A DNA stretch of 64,000 nt from Psammoneis japonica (lineage: Eukaryota), in the NCBI GenBank assembly GCA_008632985.1, contig QPGO01000004.1, positions 62,001 through 126,000 of the forward strand. Reading direction: 5' to 3'. The notes below the pieces were generated by a model. It made no database searches, was not told where the DNA came from, and saw only the letters and a list, made by a program, of their open reading frames with translations. Positions 10,897 through 22,577 of the stretch are shown in pieces. A program made the position numbers and the translations under genes. Each line of letters starts with the position of its first letter. Position 1 is the stretch's first letter.

Positions 10897-11877
10897 CTAG
10901 TTCTGCTTCTTCTTATTGTCTATTGCCTGTACAACCGAAATTTCTTGTCGAGCCATGGCAAGTGCGACCGCGCAGCCAGGACCAAGAAGCGGCGTCAGAA
11001 TGACAGAAACGGCGGCATCGTAAGGATTCTTGGCAAACAGGTAGCAAATTGTACCAACATAATAACCGGCAGTATCCAGTACCATGAAGGCAACAACAGG
11101 ACCTGCATCTGTCCATAGCGCTCCGCGAATTGCAGAAAACGATGCCCCGTACTCATTGATGGCAGTAAAGACTACAAGTGCCCAACCACCGAAACATAAC
11201 AACGCCGAGCCCAAATATATCATTGTGCAGAGCTTGGCTCCCTGTTTAACAGTCTCATCTGTAGTCTTCGGTGTAGTACAAAAGGAGAGTGCCAACGGAG
11301 CAAGAGCGGCAGCGGGGCCAAGGAAGAACGAGACGGTCCACGTCCATGCGTACGAGTCGGTGTCGAGTGCAAATAAGAATATTGTACCTATTGAGAAGCA
11401 CCCAACAATGCCAAGCGAAACAAAAGCCTGCGTCCGAGACACGGATCCTTCTCCTTTGAAAAGCAGATACGAAGGCACCCAGATTCCTGGCATCACGATA
11501 CCAATGCCTATGACGACGGAAAGCAAGACCGTCACTAGCGGATATTTCAATAGACCCCGAGCACCAGCTTTTCCAGCCTCGAGATACATTGGCATTGCCC
11601 CAGGTAGCGCGAGGCATGCCAGAGTTACAAAAATAATCAGACCGGAGGGTTCCTTGGTGAGCTCGAACAGGAATTGAACGAGCATACAGATGAAGCTCCC
11701 TCCAAACATGGGCTCAAAGTCGTGCAAGTCACTTTCTTGAAAGAGCTCTTCAGAACTACAGCTTTGAATGACCGGCTCTGCCCACTCTTTTGACACGGCT
11801 TGCGTTGCAACAAATGCTGCAATGCCGGTGGCAACACCGACTAACACGAGGAATTTTGCCGTCCAAGACAGCGGCAT
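10897..11877 (-). CDS. Multi-pass membrane protein of unknown function
   Basis: 326-aa ATG ORF with an N-terminal hydrophobic segment and about 7-8 further hydrophobic stretches. Confidence 0.8.
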   Translation of the reverse strand: MPLSWTAKFLVLVGVATGIAAFVATQAVSKEWAEPVIQSCSSEELFQESDLHDFEPMFGGSFICMLVQFLFELTKEPSGLIIFVTLACLALPGAMPMYLEAGKAGARGLLKYPLVTVLLSVVIGIGIVMPGIWVPSYLLFKGEGSVSRTQAFVSLGIVGCFSIGTIFLFALDTDSYAWTWTVSFFLGPAAALAPLALSFCTTPKTTDETVKQGAKLCTMIYLGSALLCFGGWALVVFTAINEYGASFSAIRGALWTDAGPVVAFMVLDTAGYYVGTICYLFAKNPYDAAVSVILTPLLGPGCAVALAMARQEISVVQAIDNKKKQN

Positions 11878-12559
11878 GGTGATTTAAAAAAAAGAGAGAG
11901 ACGGAGAAAGTCACAACCGAATCAATTGATACTTAAGAACGCCACTGGAGCACAGCAACCAACAACAATCGAAATCTCTGGACGATGGAAAATCAACAGG
12001 TGCAACAACGCATAAAGGATTAAGGCCGATGCATGTGAACTTGATCTAAAAAATGAAATAAAACGAAATTCCAAAATACCCGAATGGGCTCGCGCGGCCG
12101 GATCGATCGAGCGATCTGGATGGAGTGCGTGATGGCGACAGGCGCACACCATGGACCAGCGAACAGCAAACAGGCAGTGCACAATGCACAAACCATCCAG
12201 CACGACTGTCGCTGTTGCTGCTGTCGTTTCTACTTTTGAGATTGCTTTCTATTTACAATGGCGCCAAAGAGGATTACAGCAGTGGATGCGAGTGGTGAAG
12301 AGATCAAACAAGCAATGTCAAGCCAATGTTGAAGAGCTCCGCACGTGGATTTCACGGGCTTGGAGTTCGATGGTGCTTGATCAATGGTGACGGATGCAAA
12401 ATGTTGAGCTTCTAGTCACTTGAGGATGGTGGCAAGCACACATTTGATCCGCAACAGCAGAGAGACAGATTCAAGCAAGAATCTGGTGTTGACCGGCGTG
12501 TCAAATGGGAACCGGACGGGAGCCCATCGCTTCGCCCGAACTCCGCTGCCAGCCCAACA

Positions 12560-13830
12560 GCTTTGGTGGAGCTCATGATGAAGGAAATGCATCTTGCAAC
12601 CACAAAAGCTGACAGAGCAATGCCACAATGCTCACTGCCACATGTGGGAAATTTGGAAAAGGACAGATTGACAAAAGAGAATCGCTTTCAGGATTTTCAG
12701 GGACGTGCTGGCGAGGCAAGGGTGCTCACCAAAGAGCAGCAAAACAAACCATCTGTGACAGACAACGAGCATCAACTCATCACCTGCCTGATGCCATTTC
12801 TCGAAGATGTTGGCAAAGGCACAGCCAGGGACACCACTTTCAATTCAGAAAAGCACAAATGGATTGAGGCCAGTTCCGAAACCACCGTTTGCAACGAAAA
12901 GCCGGACTTGATTGTCTGTCACCCTGCCATCGCCAATCCAGACCACCGTTCAAGTGCAGGAAAGACACAAAGTTGAAAGAAATGCAAAAAAGCAGAGACA
13001 AATTTGGTGTCCTTTCCCAATGGAAACTTCTCATGATTTCATTGGTCTGACTTGTGAGGCCAAGCAACATGTCGGCGATGAAGGTTTGGCAAGGTGATCA
13101 ATTGTGGAAAAACACATTTGCTTCAGAAAACATGGTGCTGTGACAACAAGACTGCTCCTCTTTGACAGAAAAAAGTTCTGGCCAGTCAACACTGCAAAAG
13201 GAACAGTTTCAAGCATTCAGACCTGCAGGTGCACTGCAGAGGGATCCAAGACTTTGTGTTCTTGTGGGTTTTTGTTTGCCAACCCCCTTTGGCAAAAGTT
13301 TTGTGCAAGGCTTGCCAGTGTTTTGGCCTCAATGTTGGGACAGATTCCTTTTTGGTGCTGGTGCTGCATTTGGGTGTGCATTCCATGATGCACAGTGTGA
13401 GACCAATGGCAAGGAAATTGCTCTCAAAGTTGTGGTGAAGCAAGGAGGCAATGATGTCATGGAGTGACTGGAGTCCAAAAAAGAAAAAATGATTGCGGCA
13501 AAAGAAAAATGCCCAAGTCATGTTGTGGGTGTGGAGTGTGACAGATTCCAACTGTTCACAGATGGAGCTGTTTTGCTTCTGTTGAGTGTTGGAGAGCACT
13601 GTTCAAAGCTTGCGCTGCAAGACATTGTTGATTTTTGAATGCCCTGCACAGCAGTGGCATCTTGTGTGGCGTTGCATGCCTGGAAATGTCATGTGATTGA
13701 TTTTGCTGTCAGCTCTTTTGCACATGGGCAAATGAGCAGAGATTCCAAGCTAAACCTTCTGTTGACTTGCGTTGAGGAAAGTTCCAACTGTGCAGCATCG
13801 GCTGACCATGCAGCGTCGGCTGGCCAATGA
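12560..13830 (+). pseudogene. Decayed Crinkler-like PD-(D/E)xK nuclease + protein kinase gene
   Basis: Frameshifted pieces: KPDLIVCH...LTCEAK (REase-like), FGAGAAFGCAF (Gly loop), EIALKVVV, ALHSSGILCGVACLE (HGDxR-like catalytic loop) and VIDF. Confidence 0.65.
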
Positions 13831-16800
13831 TGCGTCAAATGACCACTGGTGATTTTTTTGCTCTGTCCCCATGTTTTACAACTGATTTCCTGCCTGCCTT
13901 GGATTGCATCTGAGAGGGGATTGCGTGACCCAGTGCAGTGCCATTTGATCAAAAAATCTCAGCCGTCACATCCAGACAAATGGTCCAGGGCTTCAATTCG
14001 CAACAGAGTGATCACACTGGTTGGGGCCAAGCAATCTTTTCAGACATTTTCTCAATTTTCAACATCAGCTGCTTGCCCACAAGAGCCCTGCGTGTGTTTC
14101 TGTGCACCCCCTCCTTGCACTGATGCCTCCTTTCTCAGATGGTCTTTTGCTGGTTCCCCCAAGGCCACCCTGGCTGTTTTTGCCTGTGGTGCACCCTTGT
14201 TTCAGAGTGACAACCAGCAATCATCATTGGAAAGCAATGGGTGTTGATGCCTTGTGGCCCTCATCATGCTCACTGCATTTTCTGGCAATTTCCCACCAGC
14301 TCTCCAAACTTTCCACACAGGACCTGGCACAAGCTCCACATGCTTCAGAAACAACTGCCAATGGCCACTTTGTCAACTCTTTGCAAACTGCTTCCATCCA
14401 TGCCTGTCACCTCTCAAGGAACTCTTTTTCTGCTGTTGGCCAACCAAGCTCTTCAACTTGTGCAGCAGAGAGTGCTGCCTCTGCAGTGGAGCTTGAGGGT
14501 GTGGCTGCACCTGAGTCAACTTTTGGCATTGCTGCTTGACAGTCATCTGTCTGCTGCACAGATCAGCATTTCTGCACAAGATTTGGCATCATTTCCATGT
14601 GTGAAAAACATTTCTTTCATGCCTTTCTTGTCACATTGTCAATGCTTGTCTCCACCATTTTGCACCTGTGCAAGTCTTGAACATCCCTTCTCTTGTTTGC
14701 TTGTTTGCTGGCTTGCTCATCTCTCTCACAGCTCCATGTGGTGAGCCATTTGCTGCTTTCATTCCAGCACTCAAACACACAAAGTCCAGTCTGTTTTTGG
14801 CAAAAACAAGACCTTTTCTTGGAAGCAGGAGCACTTCTCACTCAGATCTTGTGCTGCTTTTGCACCCTCATCTATGTGTGACCATCCTTTGCTGTTGCAG
14901 TGCAGGTGCTTTGCATCCAGCCCAAAAGAAATCAATGAAATTCCCCTCATGTTTTGCACTTCAGCCAGCTGTCTTTGGTGGGCATCACTGCAAGGTCACA
15001 CTGCAACTGGGTGAGGCCATGACCAGCAGCTGATCCCTTGCCCCTTCTGCCATGTCAGCTGGTGGTGTGCTGGAAGCATGGGTCAGCCTGTGCCAGACAT
15101 CCTGGGCAGTGTTGCAATGGCACTCAAGGTTGGTGGACATTTTTTTGTTTTTCATGCACATTTTCTCAAGATCAGCAGCCATGCATGTGTGTTTGTTCCA
15201 AGCAAGATGCAGCAGAGAAGATCATTTGCAGGATTGGCACCAACCCAGCAAGAAGGGTGCAACTGCATGACTCTTTTCAGTTTGCTCTGCAGTTTTTGAA
15301 GTGTGCTGAATGGTGTGAAAGCCAAGAGGTTGTTTTGTCTGGCTTGTCCAGACTTGGATGTGCCCAGTGACAGCAAGCTTTCTTCTGACCCCCCAGAGTC
15401 AAGATTCACACAAGCATGTGGCCAGCCATGACAAGCCAATGCCATGGCTTCCTTCCTCCACTCAAAACACTGGCTTTGCTGCACCAGATCCACTGGTCAG
15501 AAGAGTTTTTGATGTAACCTGTGTTGAAAGTTTTTGTGTCAGTCAACAAAAGATCTCATCCAGAAAATCCAGGCACAAGGGTGCCGTTGATGACCTGAAG
15601 AGCAAGCTTGATTGCACCAAAAAGACACGAGCAGAGCCAGAAGATGACAAAATTGTCTGGAAACTTGGTCCAACCAAGTGCATTTTTGCAGAGGTTTTGC
15701 AACTGCATTGAGCAAGCCATGGGTCAAGGGTGTTGAGTTGATTGGTGGCTGTGTTCAAGGCAGACTCAATGGAAAAGAGCTCAAGTCTTCTGGCAGAGGT
15801 GCGCCAGCCACATGGGTCCAGTGCATGAAGCCCCACCTGAGGTTGATGAAGATCTTGATCTTTTGGCTCATGAGAGAAAATGCAAGCCATGCTGATGAAG
15901 CAAAAGCAAAAGCTTGCTTTGCCAAGCTTTGCAGGTTTGGCAAGACTGATGTCAAAGAGTCTTGTCAGCACCAAAGGCATTTTGTGCATTTGAGTGCCCC
16001 CAAAAAGCAAAAAGTGGGGGTGCTGGCACACGCAAAAGTGCATTGTTTGCCATTTGATGCCAGCAGGTGAGCCAAAAATCTGGGTGAAAGTTGAGGCAGT
16101 GCAGTGCTTCCTTCAAGCTGCCAAGGTGTGCTTCACCCAGATTTGATCTGAACTGGCTCAACTTTGTCACACAGATCACCAACAACCTTGTCATGCAACA
16201 GTCCCAGCCATTTCTTGAATGAGCCTGCTTCCTTGTTGTCAGCTAGCGCCTTGGCTTTGTCTGCCTTCTTGTGGGTCAATTGAGTGCTGCAAAGAAGAAG
16301 GCCGAGGAACAAAAGTTGAAGGTCCAAGGGCAAAGCTGAGCATGTCAAAAAAGCACAAACTTCTGTTGCTTGTGGCTGCTCACAACCAAACAGCTGAGCA
16401 AAACCAACAGATGGCTGCAGGATTTGTTGTTGCTGTCACCACCATGGCAGAGAAAGAGTGGCAAGAAGTTGTGTGCTCAAATGTGGAAAATCAAGGAAGG
16501 AGGTTAATTGATGAGACCCCCCCATCTTGCAAACACATGCAACAGTCCAATTGGGTGGTGCCAGATTGGCTCTCAGCATCCTTGCGCAGACGGCATCAAA
16601 ATGGAGCCACACAGCCAATGGAAAAAAGGAAAAGACATCTCCAGCAAATGACATGTCCCTGATCAATTTTTGAGACCTGGCACCGGTTTGATGCAGCAAG
16701 CTCACCATGAGAAATTCTCCCAGACTTTTGGGATGCTTGCATGCAGGAGCATGAAATGGGGTGCAAGTGTGCATTGGGGGTTAGGATGGAAGGCACCAGT

Positions 16801-17424
16801 TTCCAGAAATCTTGCGACTCCTCGTGTTCAGCACCATTTCCAGCAAAGCAGTCTTGATTTTTTCAAAAAAGTGCTCAATGAGTTCCTTTCATGACCATCA
16901 TGAAGTGACAGCTTGAGCAAAATGCTTGCAACCTTGCAAGACATGCCACAGCTTTTATTTTCTACGTTGACCAATGTCATGACTGGTCTGTGCCTACAAC
17001 AGCACCGGTTCAATCAAAAACACTGCCTTTCAAGAAGTGTCAATGAAACTAAGTGCAACAAAGCTCCCCACAAGCATTTCCCAAAACCTGCTTGTTGACA
17101 TGCTCTGCATCTCACCCCACCTGACAAGAGTTGACGATCATGTTGCCATCATTCAAACACCAGGGTCATGGACTGAATGACAAATCTCTCAAACATCTGT
17201 CGAAGAGGAAGGGGCATGCCGAACCACATCGCCCATGGCCTCGCTCAAGAGACTCTGCCAAATGAAACAAACTTGGGCTCTCCACTTTTTATGAATTTGG
17301 ATCACATCATCCACAGAATGGTGCTGTTGGTCCTTGGGACTGAAACATTTTATTTTGTCAACACTGCGAGATGGTTTGCAAAGCTTTGGCAGCATGGAGC
17401 AGTGCTCATGCTGGGGTCAGTTCC

Positions 17425-18474
17425 TCACCCAGTGCCCGCAAGATGGGATGGATCCAGTCCAGAATTTCTGGCAACAAACAAGGGCTTGCAATCACCAAGG
17501 CTGTCCATGGTGCATTCAACAATCTTGCGGATCCAGAGCACCTGTGGGGTGGGTGGCTCTTCACTGTGGTTGAGATCGCGACCCTCCAGAAGGTTTTCTA
17601 GCATGCGCCATGTTTGAGGATTGTTCATGAAAAGTTTTGCTTGTTCTTCCCTGAGTTGGGGGCCACCAGCAGCATCCATCATGGCAGCTTCTAACCAATC
17701 AATTGCACCATCTTTATGAATCCAACTAGCACCCAGCTCACCCTGTTCTTTCTTGTTGAGCTCTTCTTGCACCACTTCCTGCATGTCACGAGCACATTGG
17801 CACAGCTTCTTGCACGGTCGTGGATTGAGCTTTGGGTCATTCTCAGCAATGCAAGCAGCCAAATCAGCCATCGTTTGAGCCATGCCATCTGCCATGCTCA
17901 TGCAGGTCGTCTTGGTCATTTCATTCTTGAACTTTCTCATGGCCTTGGTGATGTCTTTGTCAATCTTTTTCGATCCAAGTTGTTTGCAGTTCTTCTTGTG
18001 AACTTTCCAGTGAGCCTTCTGGCAATCAACACCACAATGGCAAGCCACCTGACAGCAAGAGCACTTGAAAAATTTTGTGACAGAAATTGTTGCTTGTCCA
18101 TCATTGTTGCCCTGTGGAGAGCAATGGTCGCAGTCTGGATTCCAGCATGCATTCTCACACGAGCGGTGCTTGTTCTGCGATTTGTCATCCAAGCCATTGT
18201 GCTCGTTCAGCGCAGCCACAAGCTCTTGCTTCTCCACCATCTCCTCTGTTCCAGCTCCAATGCCACGTTTGCAACAAGCTTGCCAAAGTCCCGGGTGCTG
18301 CATTGTTCCATGTTTGTGGTTGACATGAGCTGCGTCTGACTTGCTCAAAGTGCAGTGCATCGTGCATGTTGAATGTGGAAGCCGATGATGAAGATGGCAT
18401 TGCATCATTGCATGGTTGATGGTCTGATGGTGTTTTTTAATGGTTGGGGGAACCACCTGCTGCACTGGTGGCAC
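17425..18474 (-). pseudogene. Mutated MYND zinc-finger gene
   Basis: CWNPDC...FKCSCCQVACHCGVDCQKAHWKVHKKNC (~17985-18150) is the MYND pattern with Arg->Cys and Tyr->His at consensus positions. Confidence 0.75.
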
Positions 18475-18799
18475 GCGCGTGTGAGGAGTTCACGTGCAAC
18501 GTCGCCTGGTGGCACGGGGCGGGGAGGAGCAGACGCGGAGCAAGGGTGGAGCTGAATCATGCAGGTGGGAAAAGGGATGGATTTCAAATTAGGGTTGGAG
18601 AGTTGGGATTGTAGTTTGGTGGAGCAGTGGGTCCATTGGTCAGCAAGTGATTCAGTGATTGCAAGGCTCAGGCTTTGAAGACCCCACTGTGATGGAGTGG
18701 AAGCATGACTGTCGGTGTCAGTCATTGCGTGCGCCGTGTGGAAGCACTTGAAAGCATCTGTTGTTGTCCGATCCTCTGCACTGTGCAACTCACGCACAC

Positions 18800-20410
18800 A
18801 TGACAGATGCAATGAAGAACAAGCACTTTGCATGTCCAGCATCCATCAACAACAAGCAAATGTCAAAGCTTCTTGTGCACCATTGTGTCTTTTGTTTTTG
18901 CAGTTGCCCCATTGAAAAAAAAACTGGCAGTGAACAGTGCCTGCACTGAGCACATGTCTGACAACTGCCAAGCCTCAAGTGTGCATGTCCTCTTGTCATT
19001 GCACAAGAAACACCAGTTGCAGCAACGTTGCTGCAAATGATGTGTGGGAAGCAAGCACTGTGTTTGTGTGCACAAATTGTCCAATGCTCACACCAGCTTT
19101 GTCAGAACAGAAATGGAGCATTTGGTTGTCAGACAAATCATGAGCTGGTGGGGGCAGATGTCCCCACAAACTTCAAACTTTTTTGTGCTGGAAGCATGTC
19201 TTGAGAGACACAAATGGGCACAAATGATTGAAAGAGGCTGCACAATCTGTCACAACTGCAGCTGAGAAAGAGCTCAAGAGAGGTGGCACAGGTGCTCAGT
19301 GATGTTCAGCTCAAGCCTGTCCATGTGGTCAGGAACAGACTCACCCATGACTGCATTTTTGATGCACTTGTGAATCTTGTCGGGTTGGAGGCCACCACTG
19401 CACCAAGTCAAATCATTGTTTTGCAAGCTCTGGTGGGCTTTGCGTTGTCAACAATTGGAGCAACCAGCCAAGGCTGGGCCAAGTGCAATCAAAATCATTC
19501 CTGGCCTGCAAACATTGGTCAACAGTTTTTCCAACTGCTGCCAAGTGGGGCGCGCCATGTTGATCATCACTCCACTGTGGTTTTTGAAGAATGGTTCAAA
19601 TGTTCTTTTTTTGCAAACTTGCATGAACAAATGTGTCAAGAAAGGGTGCGTGGATCAATTTTGGACTGCATTCATCTGTTGTTGTCCCATCCAATGCTCT
19701 GCATTTTGTGCATGTCCATCAATGACAAGCAAGTGTCAAAGTTTGTTTGCCATCACATGCCCCTGTTGTTTGTGGGTGCCCCATTGTCGTCCAGCAATGA
19801 GCACATTGTTGGGGAGATGACTCCTCATGGATGAGCAAAATGGTGGTGAACAGCACCTGCACAATGCCTGACACAACAGCTGCTGAGTTTCAAATGCATG
19901 TCCTGTCATTGCATGAGAAATGACGTCATTGTCAAGAGCAACAAGTCAGCTGCAAATGTGGAAGCACTGTGTCCACACATGCAAATTGTCCAACACCCAC
20001 ACCAGCTTTGTCAGAACAGAAATGAAGCACATTGTGGTGATCAGACAAATCACACATGGGATGTTCCCATGAACTTTGTGGGCTTTTTCCAGAAGCACGT
20101 CAGCATGAGACAAAGACAGGCACAAATTGTTGAAAGAGGCCACACAATCTGTCACAACCACAGCTGAGAAAGGAGCTCAGTGGGGATGGCACAGGTGCTC
20201 AGTGATCATGGTTGGCTCAAGCCTGCCTGTGTGTGGTGGTCAGCAACAGACTTGTCCACAATCACCTTTTTGGTGCACTTGCAAATCTTGTGGGGTCAGC
20301 AGCCACTTCCGCACCAACCAAATCATTGTTGCAGGCCCTGGCAGGCTTTGGCTGTGTTCCCAGCGGTTGGAGAGCAACCAGCCTGGACAGTGCCAAGCAC
20401 AATCAAAATT
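18800..20410. repeat. Diverged tandem duplication, period ~900 bp
   Basis: cacaccagctttgtcagaacagaaatg at ~19089 and ~19998; gaaagaggc..cacaatctgtcacaac at ~19230 and ~20132; ggcacaggtgctcagtgat at ~19285 and ~20188. Confidence 0.85.
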
Positions 20411-21850
20411 GTTGTCCCTGTGAGATGCCACCACAGGCTGAAACTCCAAATGGAACAAAACAAAATCAGCATGCATCCCAAGTCAAACAATGTTGGCACA
20501 GAATGATGTTGTGCTGGTCATGTCATTGTGACAACAAAACATCAAGTGCACACCTTGTTTGCAGAGATGGAAAAAGATTTTACAGACACACTGCACAGTG
20601 GCCTTGCAGGGCAAACAGAGGGTGGCAGAGCAACCTCACACAGCAAGGCAAGGCAAGAAACAAGAGAGGCAATCAACAATGTGGGGTGTGCACCTTTGGC
20701 TGTGCCAACTTCATTGGAAGGAGAAACAGAACACAGGTGTGGACAAAGAAGTTGGCTTGGCAGCAGTGTTTGTGGCAGAAAAAAGTTGAAAGCAAGAGTG
20801 CAGGTTGGCAATGGCAAGCCTCCTTGTGCTCAAATTGTGCAAATTTGCACACAGGCTTTCAATGCTTGTGCACTGCAGGACAGTGCTAAAACAAGAAAGA
20901 TGGGGGGATTCCAGAGGACAGCCTTGCATGACAAACGCAGTTGAGGAGACACAAGAGTGCAGACAAAGGCAAGCAGGGAGGGAACAAGGTGAAACAGGCA
21001 GAAGCACAAACAATGGTGGACCGCAGAAAATGCAGATGAGATTAAAATCACATGCAGCTGCACTGCATGGCCTGCAAAACATTTGTCAGATGAAAAGCCA
21101 CAAGAAGCACAGGTGGTGTGTGCTGAGGTCAACAAGACAGTTGGTATCTGCAACAATGCAAAAGAAAACAAAAATCCTTTTCAAGTGCAAAAAATGTTTG
21201 TGTTTCAAGAATGCAACAAAGCATTGTGTGCATTGCAGGATGAACAAACTGTGCGACATCAAGCTGTCAATGCCGGTCCTCACATGATGTGCGCACATTG
21301 GCTTCTTGGTGCACTTTCAGATTTCCCACATGGCTTGTTCTTCTTTTTTTGCTGCCAGCACACTGTGGCTTGCTCACATGCAAATGAGCCAACAATGCCA
21401 TGTTCCAGATGTGGTGGTGAGTGGTGATGGAATTTGGGCTGTTGCCACTGTCACTGGAAGACGCTCAAGAGTGCAACACCTTGTTGGCAACAGCTTGGGA
21501 GAAGGACGAGCTCTGTTCTTGTTGCAAAGAATGTTGGTGTGACCTTTTGAGGACCACAATGTGTCGCCAGCTCTTTGATGCCAACAGGCTCCAAATTTGC
21601 CCATGCACTGACAAGCCTTTGCATTCTTTTTTTGTGCTGGCAGCCAGTGAGAGTCAGGTGCCAGGTTTTGCACTGTCTGCATGAGCCCAGCACGTCTGCA
21701 GATTTGTGTTCTTGCTGGATGCTTGAGAGCTGTCAAAAGAGACTGCATCATTTTAGAATGCCATCATTGCATTTTCAGTTTTTACAAAGTCAGAAGCTTT
21801 CCATGATCTGGAAGCTGCTCTTGTCAGTCTCAGTGTGGCACAAAAAGTCA

Positions 21851-22577
21851 GAAAATTCTCAAAGCCCTTCTTTTCAACCTCATCTTGAGCTCTCTTCTGC
21901 TTGTTGTGCCTCCTTGAGACATGGGCTCATGGTGTTTTTGATGACTTGGGGACCAGCATGAGAGACACAAATCAATGATGTGTGCAAGTGATCATGAAAG
22001 ACAGCACAGCTTCTGCCACACAAAACAGAGTTGCTCAAAACCCAGCGGGGTGCTGTCCAAGCAACTTTTGCATGAGAGCAAGAGCACAAGAGGATCTGAT
22101 GTTGTGAAATGACAAAAGTTTGAGGCAGACACATCTGCACTGCACTCACTTTCACCACCAGAAGATGCCATTGTTGTCATTCTGCAAGCGCGGTGAAAAA
22201 AATCTGAGCAGGAAAAATTCTCAAAGCCCTTCCTTTCAACATCATCTTGAGCTCTCTTCTGCTTTTGTTTTGCCTCCTTGAGACATGGGCTCATGGTGCT
22301 TTTGATGACTTGGGGCTGGCATTGGAGACACAAATCAATGATGTGTGTGAGTGATCATGAAAGATGACAAAACTGCCACCCAAAACAGAGTTGCTCAAAA
22401 CCCAGTGGGGTGCTGTGTCTGACTTCTTGCATGAGCGAGTGCACGAGCGAGGAGAGGAACTCTGATGTTGTTAAATGACAAAAGTTTGAGGCAGGCACAT
22501 CTGCATTGCACTTACTTTCACCACCAAAAGACGCCATTGTTGTCATTCTGCAAGTGCGGAGAAAAAAAACTGAGGCA
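21851..22577. repeat. Tandem duplication, two ~360-bp units (21851-22210, 22211-22577)
   Basis: Both units run aaaattctcaaagcccttc...gcctccttgagacatgggctcatggtg...caaaacagagttgctcaaaacccag...ccattgttgtcattctgcaag with high identity. Confidence 0.92.

Noticed and set aside
18820..19750. LLV(V/I)DG motif in the 900-bp repeats as a pogo-type DDE transposase or GT90 signature
   Set aside because: Too short, and no other motifs of either family were recognisable.
21851..22577. CRISPR array or LTR pair
   Set aside because: Two adjacent ~360-bp units with no spacers, internal region, TG...CA ends or PBS; eukaryotic context.
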